From positions 37,450,001 to 37,514,000 of the forward strand of contig NC_087436.1 in the NCBI RefSeq assembly GCF_036321535.1: 64,000 bases of DNA. The letters run 5' to 3'. Below the pieces are notes generated by a model. The model was not told the DNA's origin and made no database searches. It saw only the letters and a program-made list of their open reading frames with translations. This DNA is from Camelus dromedarius (Eukaryota). Both the position numbers and the translations under genes were made by a program. Position 1 is the stretch's first letter, and the number at the start of each line of letters is the position of its first letter. Shown here piece by piece: positions 37,560 through 52,700 of this stretch.

Positions 37560-37930
37560 ACTTTGTATCAAGACCAATCTTCACTAATTCATGACAAGAC
37601 TAGTAAGTCACTGTCTAGATCTTAGTTTCCATAATTTTAAATAATAGCTAACATTTGTTGATTGTTTATCATGTGTCAGGCCCTGTAAAAAGACTTTATA
37701 TGAAATAATTCAAAAGCCTATGAGGTAAATACTGTTACATTTCCATTTTGTGATGAAGAGACAGACAAAAACAATCTGCTCAAATTTCATAGCAAGTAAA
37801 TGACAACTAAGATTTGAACCCAGAAAATGGGACTTCACAGCCTTAACAGCTATGCATGAACAGGTAGCGGCATAGCCTCCGTAACTGCCTCCTTACAGAG
37901 TCGACACGAAGATAAAAATAACAATGTAAA
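37560..37930. mobile_element. MIR remnants
   Basis: cttagtttccata; aataatagctaacatttgttgattgtttatcatgtgtcagg; gatttgaacccag. Confidence 0.6.
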
Positions 37931-40900
37931 TGAAAACAATCCAAACACGATCAAGTAGTACCTAGGATCCCGTGGTAGACACACAGAAGCTAGAAATTAT
38001 CAGTGAACTCTGAAGATGAGAGCAGCATTTGATGACTGTTTCAAAACACCCTTTGAGAATCAAAACACATGTTTCTAGACTTCCAAGTAATGGATGTGTA
38101 TTTTAAATATGTGTAGATGCATAAAGTCAAGACACTAATAAATTCATACAATTTTGCAGTGTACTTTTAAATACTTAACACTTGATAATATTAGATGCTT
38201 TGTAAAAGTAAAATATAAAATTAGGATAAAAACAGGCTCTACTGCAAAAATTTTCCACAGTCTTATTTTAGTAATGAACTTACCATCCTCTAAGGAAGAA
38301 TGGGAATGTGTCAATTTAGGTTGATGAGGGTTTGCTTGGGACTTAGAAGCAGAGCTCAGAGCATAATACAAAACAAGAATGTGTTGCGTGTTTCTGTTGG
38401 ATTTCCAGTGCTGCAGGAGCCCAGTTAACTGTCACCACAGGCAAGAAAACAAATGATGGATAATAACCTAAAAGGGAAATTTTGTGTCTAAAAAATAAAA
38501 TGTAATGGGCTGGGTTAGGCAATCCACATAGCACAGCCTCCAACTGACCAGATTCCATAAACTTTTCAGTCCACTTTGGGATAAACTCAGTAGGCTGATC
38601 AGCATTGAGACCTTGAAGGCTCCCCAACACATCTATTCACAGCTCAAACTCAACAATCCACTCTTGTGATTTTTTTTAATAAAATAAAGTAAAGTTGGAG
38701 CTGTTTTATTCGATATAGTATTCAATTTCCAAGTGTTTTCACACAAACCTACCCTGCAAGTCTAGCTGGAAAGAGAAAAGCAAAGGGGTGGGGGTGCAGT
38801 CTGGAGTAGTGGGGCTCTAGGCCAAATGCTCTTCTGGAAAGGTCCCTGGAAATCCTGGGATGTGTTGACTCAGATTTTTAATGACATTTGTATTGTACAC
38901 ATTAAAATCCCAAGTGGGAGCGTATCAATGTTTATGCCACCCAGAAGGCATGGTGCTGTCATATATTCCTTTCCTACTTTTCCAGGCAGGGGTAGCCAGA
39001 GAAGCTGGTTACAGCCATCCTTCTACCATGATGATTCTCAGTCATTTTTTAAGACATGGTAGCAAAAGTATTTTGCCACTAAACATGCTGAGAAAGTCAC
39101 TGACCCATCAAAGATAAAGCTTATCACCAGTTAACCAGAGCACTTCGGGAGTAGGATGTTACTGGGTAACTCCTTTGAGTCCAAGCTACAGATCCAGGTG
39201 AATTCCAGCTTCTATATGATATAGAAATACTGGCCCCTTAGGACTGTGTGTCCATTTTTCCCAGTAGCAGACACTGGCCAAGACCCATGATTGAAAGAGC
39301 TGTCTCTGCTCTGAGCATTGCCAACCCCAGAAAATCTGAAAGGCATAGGCTTCTGCAACTTCATGTCCCTTCATCAGATTGTAAAAAAGCTGAACAATAA
39401 ACATAAAAACCAGACAAGCAAATTAGCAAACCTACCAACCAGCCAAAACAAACACTGCACAGTTTTGAAGATGAATGAATGAATGTCATGTGCTGTTCTA
39501 GAAATCCAAGGAAGTTTATTCACAGCCTATTTTCCTGGTATAAGAGTAAGAGACAAATAATATGCTCAAATTGCATCCTGACTGTCATCCAGATATCCTT
39601 TAAGTAGCTATTAAAACACAGTCCTCATTCAGGTAGAGATAATCCTGGCAAAACATATTTCTAAAAGAAGCATGGCTTACTGTATTTTCCCCATTTCCGA
39701 ATGCCAGAGTTGGGACTTTAATTATCAGGTAGACACTTGACCCAGGAACATGCCTACAAATAACAAATTCAGAAGGGAATTTCTAATTTGAGGCTTAATG
39801 AAGATTTTCTCATGTCAGACGTATTTGTATAGCAGTGTGAAGGCATTCTTCCAGGTGGCTTACAAATACAAATTCCTTTAACCTTCATAATAGCTTTTGA
39901 GAGAAAGCAACTTTTATGGTCTCTATTTTACAGATGAAAAAAATGCCCATGCTCCCCCAGTGGGTAAATGGGAGAGCCAGGATTCAAACCTAGGACATCT
40001 GCATCAGCCATGCTGGACTTGCTATACGGTATTGCCTCTCGCATGGACTTAATGAGGCTGACTGTAAATTTCTACTGTGATAGAAATTAAACACATTGAC
40101 TGATATACAGGATATACAAGGAGGTTGTACAGGAGGTATGGGTGACCGCTATCACCTCATTCAAAAACTAGCCATTGCCTTTGACCAATGTGGCCAAAGG
40201 ACTCTTCCCTTACATCAGTACCTTCAGAGTTCCTGACACAAACCAGAAAACTTCTCAGCCTTTATTTCTTGTTCCAAATTTGGTCTTTAAGCAGCATGCA
40301 ATCAATTTCTCTGAAAATACGTTGCTTCCTTCCAGAACACTGCACAAAATTCTGGCTGCCTGCCTTGCTTACCAACCTCAGGAATTCTGCAGCTCCCAAA
40401 CTCTCTCACCTGAACCCCTTCATGTCTGCAACGATTTTTCGGCTGTGATCTCTCTACAGTCATTGGATTCTGCTGTGCTCACGGGTGATACAAACACTTT
40501 AAACTCCCTTTGGCCAAAGAACTATTTGTTACCCAGACTCTGAGATTAAAAACTGATTTCCCATTCTCTGACACTCTGGCATTTCCTGGAAAACTATTTT
40601 TGTAGAAGTGGCTCTTGGAGGAGAATCTCTATTTAAACCAGTAGCATGTGGGCTACATATTCATAGGAATATCAGAAATCGTGTTACCCTCATCATCAAC
40701 AAATTCACATGAATAATAAAAGTTTGAGTCCAGTCTTTGCATGAGTACACACACCATCCTCAGGAGAGAGGAACTTTCCCCCTTGTGGCTCCCTTAAAGC
40801 ATCAGCTAAAATGATCCCTTGCTCCATCAATTTGGCAATTATTTATTGGTTTGCATGGTTTTTATGGTTTTTCTCATAGTATGAGAATCCATAAAGCAAG

Positions 40901-41079
40901 CATTATGAACTCAAGCACCTCCCAAATCTTGGTCGCAAAGCTCATTCTTTCTTTGGTTTTATAGATGCAGTTTGGTTAGCTGTCATTAGTAGATAGACTA
41001 AACTTATCTACTATAAAAATGACCTATTTAATTAAATGTAACTTTACTATTTTAAAGCAAGGGAGTCATTATTTATATT

Positions 41080-41255
41080 AGTGATTCTCAAACTTGATTA
41101 TTCATTAGAGTCACCTAGGGAGCTTTTATATTATCTGATGCCCAGGCTGTTTCCAAATTAGTTACATTAGTAGCGCAGGGAATGGGATCCAGGTGTCAGA
41201 CATCTTAAAGTTCCCCAGGAGATCCCAACACGGAGCTGAACTTGGAAACTACTGA
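41080..41255. mobile_element. MER5-family DNA transposon relic
   Basis: agtgattctcaaactt...cattagagtcacctagggagc...ttggaaactactg with terminal-inverted-repeat-like ends. Confidence 0.65.
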
Positions 41256-43488
41256 TTTACAGGGAGATTTTAGAAATACCTAATTAGACTTATAATAGCA
41301 AATTCTAGTTATACTGAACCTGCTAGTACCAGGCACTGCTGTAAACATCAATATAACCTCACCTAATCTTCACTACGATTCTGGTTTTTTTCTATGTTAG
41401 AGCTGATGGAAATAAGGGACAGAAATAAGCAAGTTGTTCAAAGTCAGCCACGTTCCAAGTGGCAAAATCTTGATTTTTGTTCTAACAGTTTGGCTCATAA
41501 CCATCATTCTGCATATGAAATGTTTGTTTTTAAATAGAGTAGTTGTAGCAGTGGCGGCTGTAGGCAATCGGAGGCGCAATTTTAAGTGCTTACGTAAAGA
41601 AATACATTGATAATAGAAAACTTCTTAAATAAAGGTCAGCTTTTGTTAGTAACTGCTTGATCTAATTCTATTTTTTATTGTTCTACTGTCAGACAAACCT
41701 TTCTCCAACGTTTATTTAACTGAAATGAAACCACATACCGTGTACCAGGGACTTCAGCTTAAAACCATCTGTTGACATTGACAATTTCTCATTCTCTTCA
41801 ATAAATAAGTGATTCTCCCCCCAAAACAAACCAACAAACACACCTCTTTTTCTCTCACTTGCAGCCCCGTGTAAGATGCTCCCTGGTAGCTCTCTCCTGT
41901 GTTGCAAGCCTTCTTACCCCGCTAACTGCCCTCCCAACATTCCGCATTTACCGTCTTTCAGTATTTCTAACACCCACGTTCAGCACAGAAACAAACTGCT
42001 CAGGGACCAGCAAGATCCAGGGAGAGGAACTTACCTTCCTCTGGTGTGCAGCGCTGGGCAGAGAGGGGCTGTCCCTCACCTAGGGCCCAGGAAGGAGGAA
42101 CCTCTGCCTGCTCCGTCCTCCTCGGAGCTATTTCCACTCTGCCTCAGGGCTCTCTGATACAGGGCCCTGGAGGGCCTGCAGCTGTGGCCATTTAACTGTG
42201 GCTGCTGCCAACCAAGATGGCTGGGGGTCCCGACTCAAACAGGCTGTTGACTTACTTCGGTGATCTCATTCTTCGCTGTAGCAAAGAACTATCTCTGTTT
42301 TTCTGTTTTCCACACTGACCTTCAGGTTTCAGCCTCTGATGCAGGCCCCAACCTGAGATACTGTCCCTTCGTCCCTCTGGGGTCTGTAGGTTAAGCCCGT
42401 AATATCAGCCCCAGCCTGGACTGCCCGCCTTCTGCCAGATCTCGCGATACCCACAGCCTACTCTCGTGGCCCTAGACCTATCGCAAGGTGTCTTGGAATC
42501 TGTTCGCCAATCTTCCTGGATGTCTTTTGCTTCACTGTAGATTGCTGAGACTTGCCCAACAGTGACCTTCTCTGCCCCTGGGGTTTTGGTGTGTTTCTGC
42601 TTACTGGCCTTTTCTAGCCTGGCCCACCTCCGAGTCCCATTTGAACTGAGGTTTGGCAGGCTTCTCTCCACTGAAGCTGGGATTGGTGATAGATTACTTG
42701 TATGCACATGGAATTTTGTTTTTACGGGACTAGGTCACAAGCTTCCAGCAGTTTTCCCCACCTGTCTCAGAATGGCTGGCAGAGAGTTCTCCTTTGTTAA
42801 AGGGGCCAGGTCCTTTTGAGTAAAACATTTAAAAGCCACATTCACATAGGGCACACCTGTAAGCAGGTACACAGTCATTTCTTAGGTATCACTGGGCGTC
42901 ATTCTTTCCCGTGCACTCGGCATCCCTCATCTGCTTCTGCCATCACTGCCCAGCCTCCTCCTGAGGGTCCCCCTTCCCTTCATCCATCCTCATATCCCTA
43001 ATCTGTCAGTTTCAATACCCCATCTTCAGGCTGTGGTTGCATATTAGAGTCACCTGAATCACCTCTAATTAAACTAGAGTGTCTGCAGGTGGGGCCAGGG
43101 CATTGGCGTTGTTAAGGGCTCCCCAGAGGAATCTAATGTGTCTCCAAGACTAAGAACTTCTGACTTAGGAAAATTTAGGATTCTGTTCTTTTCTAGAAAG
43201 GCCAAGAGGCTCTGCCACTCAGAATTACACTGTATCTAATATTATTCTATTACTAATATATAACATAGCATGTGGCATATCTTGGGAATAATGTGTGTTT
43301 GATGAATAAATAAATGGATATTCTGAAATATATTTATAATTTTTTCTTAAGGCTAAAGACTATGGTTTCTATCGCAATTGGCTAGAAAATTTAAACAAAT
43401 ACATTCTAAGCATGTCCATATCCAATTATAAAAATTTTAGATTTTGACATTCCTGATCATTCTACTTCTGAAAATTCAAAATATTTCC

Positions 43489-43790
43489 ACTCACAGACAT
43501 AGAAAACAAACTTACAGTAGTAATGGGGGGAAGGGGACAGTGGAGGGATAAATTGGGAGTTTGGAATTTGCAGATACTAAGTACTATATATATAAAATAG
43601 ATAAGCAGCAAGGTCCTACTGTATAGCACAGGAAACTATATTCAATACCTTGTAACAACCTATAATGAAAAAGAATATGAAAAGGAATAAATATGTATAA
43701 CTGAATCACTATGCTGTACACCAGAAATTAACACATTGTAAGGTGACTATACTTCAATAAAAAATAAATAAAATAAAATAGCATAAATGT
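43489..43790 (+). mobile_element. 5'-truncated L1 3' UTR
   Basis: actcacagacatagaaaacaaactt...gtatagcacaggaaactatattcaatacc...gactatacttcaataaaaaataaat. Confidence 0.88.
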
Positions 43791-45849
43791 AAAAAATTCC
43801 CCATTTATATATATAATAGGAAAAATAGAAAATACTTATAATCAAAACAAACTAAAAAAAATCTGTACTTATTCAACTCAGAAATAACCACCGTTAACCT
43901 TTTATCACCTCATCATTTACTATGCACACATATTATTGCATGTATTAAATTGAATCATATTATTATTCATTTATTCCTTCAGCAATGTATTGTGTGAAAT
44001 CTTAGTTTTATTAAAGCTTAACTTGCGGACATGTCAGCTAAACATTCGGGAGGTTACAACTTCAGTGTAAAAGTTCCCTAGAAGGACCTTAAAACCTCCC
44101 TAACATTCAGCTACAATATCACTCGTGCTCTTTTATTGGTCGAATCCTTAAATGACATTTGTGTTTGAAAGAATGAATCTTAGGAGACTGTGAAATGAAG
44201 TTACACTTCAGTGACTACATATAGGGACAAAGAAAGAATTTTCATGAAAATGAAAACATTTCCTGAGGGTTTGGAGTCTTAACATTGTTTTAAACCTACG
44301 CTTGCTTTTTTATTTTGACAGAAAAAAGTCACAATAGCTAATGTTTATGAATCACTTTTTGTTAGGCAACGTGCTAAACAACTGACATAAATTATTTTGC
44401 TTACTGTTCACAATAGGACCCTTAAATAGGAATTAAAATCCCCAGGTTTTAATCAAGGAAACTGAGGCTTAGACGGGATAAAAAAGTCACTTGGGCCCTG
44501 CAGGTAATGAGTGACAGATTCATGGATGAACAAGGTATTTCCTGACCACGTGGTCTGCTGTTAGTCTAGCAACACTTAAAAAAAAAAAATGGTACTTTGA
44601 CAAAACTTGTTCTTAATAAAAAAAACCAGTGTTGATAATCCCCCTCCCTGGATTAAGTTACTCTAGAATTTTACTGGAGCTGGCCTCAAATTTATGGTTT
44701 TAAATCTCCATTTGTCTTCTTGGGGAAATGGAGAATTTACCTATGTCTCGTCTACACAGTTTTGCTTCATCTTCTGATTTCCTAAGAATTTTCAGTGGCA
44801 GTTCTTCAGCCACATTTATTAAGTTAGATCTCCTTATGCTTTCCAGCTACATAGTCTGTTGCTGACCTCCGTGTAGAATCAGGGGAGGGGGCCCACATGA
44901 ACACTAGGACAACACAGCTCAGCCCCTTAACTTTCATAATAAATCCACTAACTGGTGAATATGCTGTGTCCAGAGCACATGGATCTCTTTTCAATCGACA
45001 GCAGAGATTATCTCATTTATCTCAGTTTAGAGCCATTTCCTATACAGCTCCTGTCCAAAGCCTGACTACTACAATTTATATTCAGGGCTGGTCATTTATG
45101 AGACATGAATAGCAATACATTCCCTGAGCTTTCTCCTATCAAGTCAAATCACCAGAAAGCAGCATACCTGCATTTTATTATTCTGGTTTTCCATAAAAAT
45201 CATTTTATAGAACTACGACTTGAATTATGTCATCAGCTTGCATCATTTACTATTATGAATGGTTACATGCAGAATGTCCATTGCTACTGAAGACCTCATT
45301 CATTATGTACTTCAGTGTTTCTTATATAAAGATTTATGTGGTGTATTCCTCCCAGAGTTCAAAGCCAGAAAAAGCTTGATCTCTCCAGGCATACCACTAT
45401 GCTTCCTTTCTTTTTTGAATAATTTCCTTTTGGTCCTAACTCCCTTCTTGTCAGAAAGCTGGTAGATAAATATTGTGATTAGTTGCTGTAGCTTCCTATA
45501 ATCTAGGCGTGCTGGTATAGATACCTGCCTGGCTTTCTTCATTACCAACCTCATTGCTCTATCCTCTGCCTCTCCTTCTTTTTGTTTTTTCCTAATAAGT
45601 TTACAGCTTTTTGCTCTGTAGTAAGGAGAACACAGATTTAAGTGTCTGACCACCTGGAATTTTGAGAAACTAACAACCAGTTTGCAGCTGTGTCACCTGG
45701 AACAAGTTTCAGAATATTCTCTACGCCCTCCTTTTTCATTTATAAAATGAGAATAATAACCCTGCCTTATATGGTTATTGCAAAAATAAAATAAAATAAT
45801 GCAGATAAAGCATAGTTCTAATGATATTATGTATGCAATTGTTTCCTTT

Positions 45850-46650
45850 TTTAAAAACTGTGATCAAATATACATAACATAAAATTTACTATTTTAACCA
45901 TTTTGAAGTGTACAGTTCAGTAGTGATAGTACATTCACATTGTTGTGCAACCAATCTTCAGAATTCTTTACATCTTGCAAAACTGAAACTCTATACCTGT
46001 TAAATGGCAGCTCTCCATCCTCTGTACCCCTAACTCCTGGCAACAGCCATTCTACATTCTATCTCTATGAAATTGACTACTATAGGTACCTCAGATAAGT
46101 GAACCATATAGCATGTCTTTTTGTGACTGGCTTATTTCACTTAGCAGAATTCCTCAAGGTTCATCCTTGTTGTAGCATGCATCAGAATTTCCTTCCTTTT
46201 TAAGGCTGAATAATATCCCATGGTATGTCTATACCAATTTTGTTTATCCACCTATCCATCGATGGACACTTGAGCTGTTTCCACCTTTTTGTTTTTGTGA
46301 ATAATGCTGCTCTAAACATAGGTATACAAATAGCTCTTCAAGACCTTGCTTTCAATTCTTTTGGACATTTACCCAGAAGTAGAATTGCTGGGTCATATGG
46401 TCATTCTATTTTTAATTTTTGAGGAATCATCATACTTTTTTTAATAGTGGTTGTACAATTTTACATTCCTACCAACAGTGCCCAATGGTTCCAATTAATT
46501 TACATTCTCACCAACACTTGTTATCTTCTGTTTTTGTTTTTTTTAATAGTAGACATCCTAATGGGAGTGAATGGTATTTCATTGTGATTTTGATTTGTAT
46601 TTGCCTAATGATTAGTGATGTTGAGCATCTTTCTTTTTCTTTTTTACTGT
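45850..46650 (-). mobile_element. L1MB-like 3' fragment, antisense
   Basis: aaatatacataacataaaatttactattttaaccattttgaagtgtacagttcagt...gtgactggcttatttcacttagc...gatgttgagcatcttt. Confidence 0.85.
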
Positions 46651-47785
46651 AAACACTTTTCACAAAAATTAGTTTATTCTAGGCCCATTCTTAGAAGTTT
46701 TTATATCTGTTCATTTATATACATATATATCATCCCTCACAATCAAATGAATCTCTGCTCTGCAGGAGAGTTCAGAATATTGGTTTTATGCATCCTATGG
46801 TATTCTGTGACTGCTTCTTTTTTTTTTTCCTCATTGTGATACTCTGCTACTGTATTGTAAGAATTTAAATTTTAGAGCTTCTCAGCCCTCTTTGGCCAGT
46901 TTCTGTTTTAGAAACTCAGTCCAAGAGATCATGTGAACCTTTTTAAACATCATTAACTTGGTTTCTTGAAGCTTAGAATCACCACCTGACTGCACCTAGC
47001 ATGTTCCACCTCACCTCACACTGAGAGTTCACAGTGACAATCTTCTTAAGCTTTCTGTCATTCCCAGCTCACCATTAACGCTTTCCACGTTGGCCGGAAT
47101 TAAGAACAGAATACCAGTTCTACCAGAAACTTCTCCCTTCTGAGGGACAAAATTCTCAGCAAAGTGAAGAAAACCTTCCCCAAGTACTAGGCTTTTAGAC
47201 CACTTGTATCTTCAGCTGGTGTCTAGTTAATCCCCCGTCTCTGACAATTTTGTAATCTTTTCTAAGAAAGACTTGATTATTACACACTCTGACTAAGATG
47301 AATTCTAGAACATTTCCATAAAAGTACCTCCTCTTCTTTTACATTTAGCTAAAAAAATTTCTCCCATGTTCCTATTCTCAAGATTAGAGAGCTTTTCAGT
47401 GCTTCTCCTTCTCTCGGTCAGCTTGCATCATTTGGAAAAGGGACCCTCTTTCACTACTGCCTTCTGGTCATTCATGTTGGCAACAAGTATCAGAAGACAA
47501 TCCTACTTTCCCTGCTTTATATCTCCCAGCATGCCCTATGTCTAGCATCCTCATTCCTGCCTCAGTGCCTGGGGAGGCTATTTCCTCAGTATGAAGGAAG
47601 TGACCTTTCTTTCCTCTCTACCCTTCCTTCTAGGCCTGGGTCACACTCTTCTTTCCCTGTGGAGCATTTGTGGATCTGTCGTTGGTAGAATTTTCAGAAC
47701 ATATCTTTTCTGTGTGTGGATGTGGCACTTACCACCTTGCTCTGGGCTAGAAATATTTGTGTCATCCTGCCCCTCCGACAAGATG

Positions 47786-48110
47786 AGAGGTTGGCAAGCG
47801 TTTTCTGCAAAGGATCAGACAGTACTTTCTTCTTTGAGAAGTCTCCATTGTGAACATGCAACTCTGTCATTGTAGCAGGAAAACAGCCACAGACCATATG
47901 TAAACAAAGGAGTATGGTTGCTTGCCAAACTTCTTTATTTTTATAGTCACTGAAAATTGAATTTCACACAAAGTCCTTGTATCATGAAATATATTTTCCT
48001 TATGATTGTTGTTCAACCATCTGAAATGTAAAACCATTCTTTGCTCATGGGTGGTACAAAAATAAGTAGTGGACCATCTTTGGCCCAGGCTGTAGTTTGC
48101 TGACCCTTGA
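47786..48110. mobile_element. MER58-like hAT-Charlie relic
   Basis: Inverted termini gagggttggcaagcgttttctgcaaagg ... tgtagtttgctgacccttg. Confidence 0.75.
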
Positions 48111-49437
48111 GCAAGATCACGAGCCATCCAAAGGCTGAGCTGTGTTTTATGCTTTTGTGTACAGGCCCCAGTTCTCTGCTTATCAGGAGTTACGCTTTAC
48201 GGGCAAGGGCTCAGTCTGTTTCTTTGCCACACTCAATGATGAGCACAGTGCCTGGTCATTTACTTTTTCAGTTTTCTAGCAATAAAAAGAGATCTGAAGA
48301 ACTGGACTACTGAGGGTTTGTGGGGTTGAGATGGAGGAGAAGGTCAGGAATACTGAGAGTGCCCTGTGAGATCGGACTTGGGTTATCTTACTAGAGATGT
48401 TTTCAGTTGGATGGGGATTGGGTGTAGACTGGTGAGGTGGAGTGGGTTGGGAAGATGGGGGAGCAAGGGTTGAAGAAGCGTGAAGAAGTGGTAGAAGTGA
48501 GAAGTTATACAATAGCATCAGGGGGAAGAAGAGCAAAGAGAGAGTTTCAAACTTTAAAAGTGAATTTCATCTTTTTTTCATATTTAGCTCTAATTAAATC
48601 CTAACATTAATCGTGTAATATTTCAAATAAAATTCTACTGTTCTGGCTTCACAGGGCTTTCCAATATATCCCAGGGAGCCACTGAGGGAGCTAATCTTCC
48701 CTTCTCACACCTCCCTCATTCTCTAATACGCTTTCACCTGTGTGAAGAGTGCGGCGTAGCCCTGGGGCTGCGGCATGCAGGTCAGCATCACTGCTGTCCA
48801 CAGTAACATGTGTCCACACGGCACAGGGAATTGAATATGGTGACACCAGACTCACTCCAGCCTCAAGAAATCCAGAGGTTTCTTCTGTGCTGCTAGCCTT
48901 CCTTGACCCCCATACCAAGGCCCAGGGAGAGGCAGGGTGGGTCTTCCATCTCTGTGGCTCCCACACTGTTTGAGCATTCCTCTCTGTGCTCCATATCTAC
49001 AGCCCACAGCCCAGAGAATCAGGCTCACAGATGTGGGCCATCAATTCTACAAGGAGGTTTAGGTGTGCTGTAACCATTAGGGCAGCTTCTTTTTATAGGC
49101 TTCTCTCAGTAGTTATAATGCTGCCCTTCACTTACCATTGCTTTTTTTGGAATGCTAGATGTTTTTAATGTAATAGCACAACATTGTTTTTGAAAATTAC
49201 AACAACGGCATTCCTGGATGTTTGCAGTAATATGTGGGTAGATGCCAGAGTTAGATTTAGAGAACCCCTGCATTTCCAACACCAGGTGTGGGTCAGCAGG
49301 TAGATTTCTGAATATTTGTATTCTGAGTTTTTTATTTCTCAGTTTTCGTATTATCTTGAAAGTTAATGATAGAGAACAATGGCTACAGGATGCATATAAA
49401 ATTAAGGAAAGAATTGGGGCAAAGTTTGAAAAATGTA

Positions 49438-49840
49438 GGTATTCTAGTCTGTTCAGGCTGCCACAACAAAATATTGTAGAGTGTGTGGCTTACACAACAC
49501 AGATTCATTTTCTCACAGTTCTGGAGGCTAGAAGTCCAAGATCAAAGTTTTAGCTGATTTGGTTTCTGACGAGAGCTCTCTTCCTGGCTTTTCTGGAAGC
49601 CAGGATATTCTTACCTGGATTATCTAACCACCTACTCACTGTGTGCTTACGTGGCCTTCCCTTGGTGCATGCACATGGAGATACCTCTTTTTTTTTTCCC
49701 TCTTCTTATAAATAGGTCACCAGTTCTGTTGGATTAGAGTCCCAACACTATGATCTCACTTAACCTTAATTACCTCCTAAAGACCCTATCTTCAAATATA
49801 GTCACATTGTGGGAGTGAGGGGCACAAGTCAGTCCACAGG
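49438..49840 (-). mobile_element. MaLR solo LTR, MLT1A-like
   Basis: agtctgttcaggctgccacaacaaaata...ttttctcacagttctggaggctagaagtccaagatcaa...taaccttaattacctcctaaagaccctatc. Confidence 0.8.
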
Positions 49841-50079
49841 TGTAGGTGTACATTATAATACTTACATTATTATTTGAATGTAGAAGACTGGAAGGAAGTG
49901 GTGGTGGTAATGGTGAGGGATGGGTATAATGAGAATAATTTTCCATGAAATTTCATTACTTTCTTCTTAGTGTCTAGAGAAGTCACCTTAAATTTAAAAA
50001 ACAAACAAAACTTTTGTTACAAAATGGGCAGGTGAGTACCCAAAAGCAAATTTCTAATTTTTTCTATTGCTGGACTTTT

Positions 50080-52700
50080 ATCCCTACCTGGCAGTAATGC
50101 AGTGGAATCCTCTACTCCCCTGCTGAAGAGCTGTCATCAGAGGTCAATAAAAAAGTCAAATTCTCATAAAATCCCAAATTTCCAGTTTTATTAGAAAATC
50201 ATTCACTATATCAATAACCAGCAACATTTCAACTTAAATGAAAAAAAAAAAAACACAATCAATTGACATAAACACTGAGAAGGCAGAGATGTTAGCATTG
50301 TCTGAGAATAATTTTAAAGCAGTCATCATAAAAATGCTTCAATAAGCAGTTATGAACACATTGTAAACAAGCAAAAAAAGTCTTTGCAAAGAAATAGAAG
50401 ACATAGAGAAGAACCAAATAGAAATTTTGGAACTGAAAAATACAATAACAAAAATACAAAACTTAATGGATGGGATCAACAGCAGAATGGATAGGGCAGA
50501 GAAAAGAACCAGTGAATTTTAAGATAGAAATATAGAAATAATCCAATCTGAACAACAGAGGAAATAGATTCATCACTCCATACTACCCCCTTAAAAAACC
50601 CCAAATAGAGTCTCAGACTTGTGGGACTATAACAAAAGATTTAACCTTCATGTCATCCAAATCTCAGAAGGAGAGGAGAAAGAGGGCAGGGTTGAAAAAG
50701 AATATGAAGAAATAGTGGCTAAAAATTCCCCCCATTTATGGCAAAAGACATAAACTTACAGGTTCAAGAAGCTCAGCAAACCCCAAATAGAATAAGCCCT
50801 AAGAAATCAACACCAAGACACATCATAACGGAACTTCTGAAAACTAAGACAATGAAAAAGTCTGGAAAACAGCAAGAGAGAAATGACACCTTACCTATAG
50901 AGAAAAATAATTTGAATGATAGTGATTTCACTGGAAACCATGCATAAAAAAGCAAGTGGCAAAGTCCATTTCAAGTGCTGAAAAAAAAAAGCAAAACAAA
51001 CAAAAAACACAACAACAAAAACCCCCTGACATTCCAGAACTCTATGTCCAGTAGTAATATCCCTCAGGAATGAATGAGAAGTCAAAGTATTCTCAGATAA
51101 AGGAAAAACTAAGAACATTTATTGCCAGCAGACCTATCCTAAAAGAATAGTTAAGGATGCCCTCTAAACATAAAGAAAGTGATAGGAAGAAGAATCTTGG
51201 AAAATCAAGGAGGAAGAAAGAACAATAGAAAGAGTAATAATATGAATAAATACAATAAATTTTCCTCCTCCTTTTGAGTGTCCTAAATTATTTATGACAG
51301 TTAAAGCTAAAATTGGAACACTAACTAATGTGGTTTTAAATGTATGTAGAGGCAATATCTAAGACAATATATTTGGGAAGGTTAAAGGAACATAAAAGGA
51401 GGTAAGGTTTCTACACTTGACCCAGTCTGGTAATATTGACACCAGCAAACTGGATGAGTTACGTGTATTTAATGTACTACATACAGTACTCATAGAAAAT
51501 AGTTATGTAAAGAGATACACTCAAAAACACCATAGATAAACCTAAATGAAATGCTAAAAAAAAGTTATGTAACCCATACGCAGAAAAACAAATTAGAGAA
51601 ACTAATAATGGAACAAACAGAAAATAAATAAATAAATAAAATGGCTGAATTGAATCCTAACATATCAGTAATTGCATTAAATGTAAATAGAAGATATTTG
51701 CAAATCACTATTGACAAAGAGCTGACATCAAGGATATAAAAAGTACCCTTAAACTCAACAGCACATAAACCAGACAATTCAATTAAAAAACGGATTAAAC
51801 ATATGAGAAGACATTTCACCCGAGAAGAGACTGGGATGGCAAACAGCACAGAAGACATTCAACATCATTTGCTTTTAGGGAAATGCAAGTTAAGATTCAA
51901 TGAGATATCACTACACGCTTAGTAGAACAGCTAAAATAAAAAACAATGACGATACCAAATGCTGCAAGGAGTGAAGCTGAATCTCTCATATATTGCCGGT
52001 GGAAATGTAAAATGGTACAGCCACTTTGAAAAGTAGTTTGGCAATTTCTTAAGAGCCTAAATATACAAGCCATATACTCAACAACCAAATCTCTTGCATT
52101 TCCCAGAGAAATGAAAACACATCCACACAGAAATCTGTACATTGTTCTTCGTAGCTGCTTTATTTGTAATAACCCCAAACTGGAAACAACCAAAATATCT
52201 TACTGTGGGTGACTGGTTAAACTGTGGTACGTCCTCAGCAATATGAAAGAACTACTGATACACCTAACAATTTGGATGGATCTGAAGGGCGTTATGCTGA
52301 GTGGGGGAAAAAATCAGTATCAAAAGGTCATATACTGTATGGTTCTGTTTATACAACCTGTCAAAAGCATAGAGAGGGAGAATACATTAATGATTGGCAG
52401 GGGTTAGAGGTGGTGGGCGGAGGGGCTGGGTGTGATTGTGAAGCAGTAGTCCGAGGAAGATCTTTGTGGTGATAGAAGAGTTTTCTCTCTTATTTTGGTG
52501 CTGGTTAGAGGAATCTACACTTGGGATAAAATGACACAGACCTACACACACTCATTGTACCACTGTGAACTCCTGGTTTTATATTGTGCTATAGTTAAGA
52601 AAGGTGTAATCAATGGGAGTAACCAGGTGAAGTATACATGGGACCTCTCTGTACTATATGGGCAATTTCCTGTGTGCTGTAATTACTTTTTGAATACAAG
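50080..52700 (+). mobile_element. Old L1MC/MD-like LINE-1 (ORF1 plus 3' end, most of ORF2 deleted)
   Basis: ORF1 fragment 50738-50947 (TPNRISPKKSTPRHII), ORF2 start at about 51641 jumping to C-terminal sequence at about 51690, and a 3' UTR with tacatgggacctctctgtacta. Confidence 0.8.
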
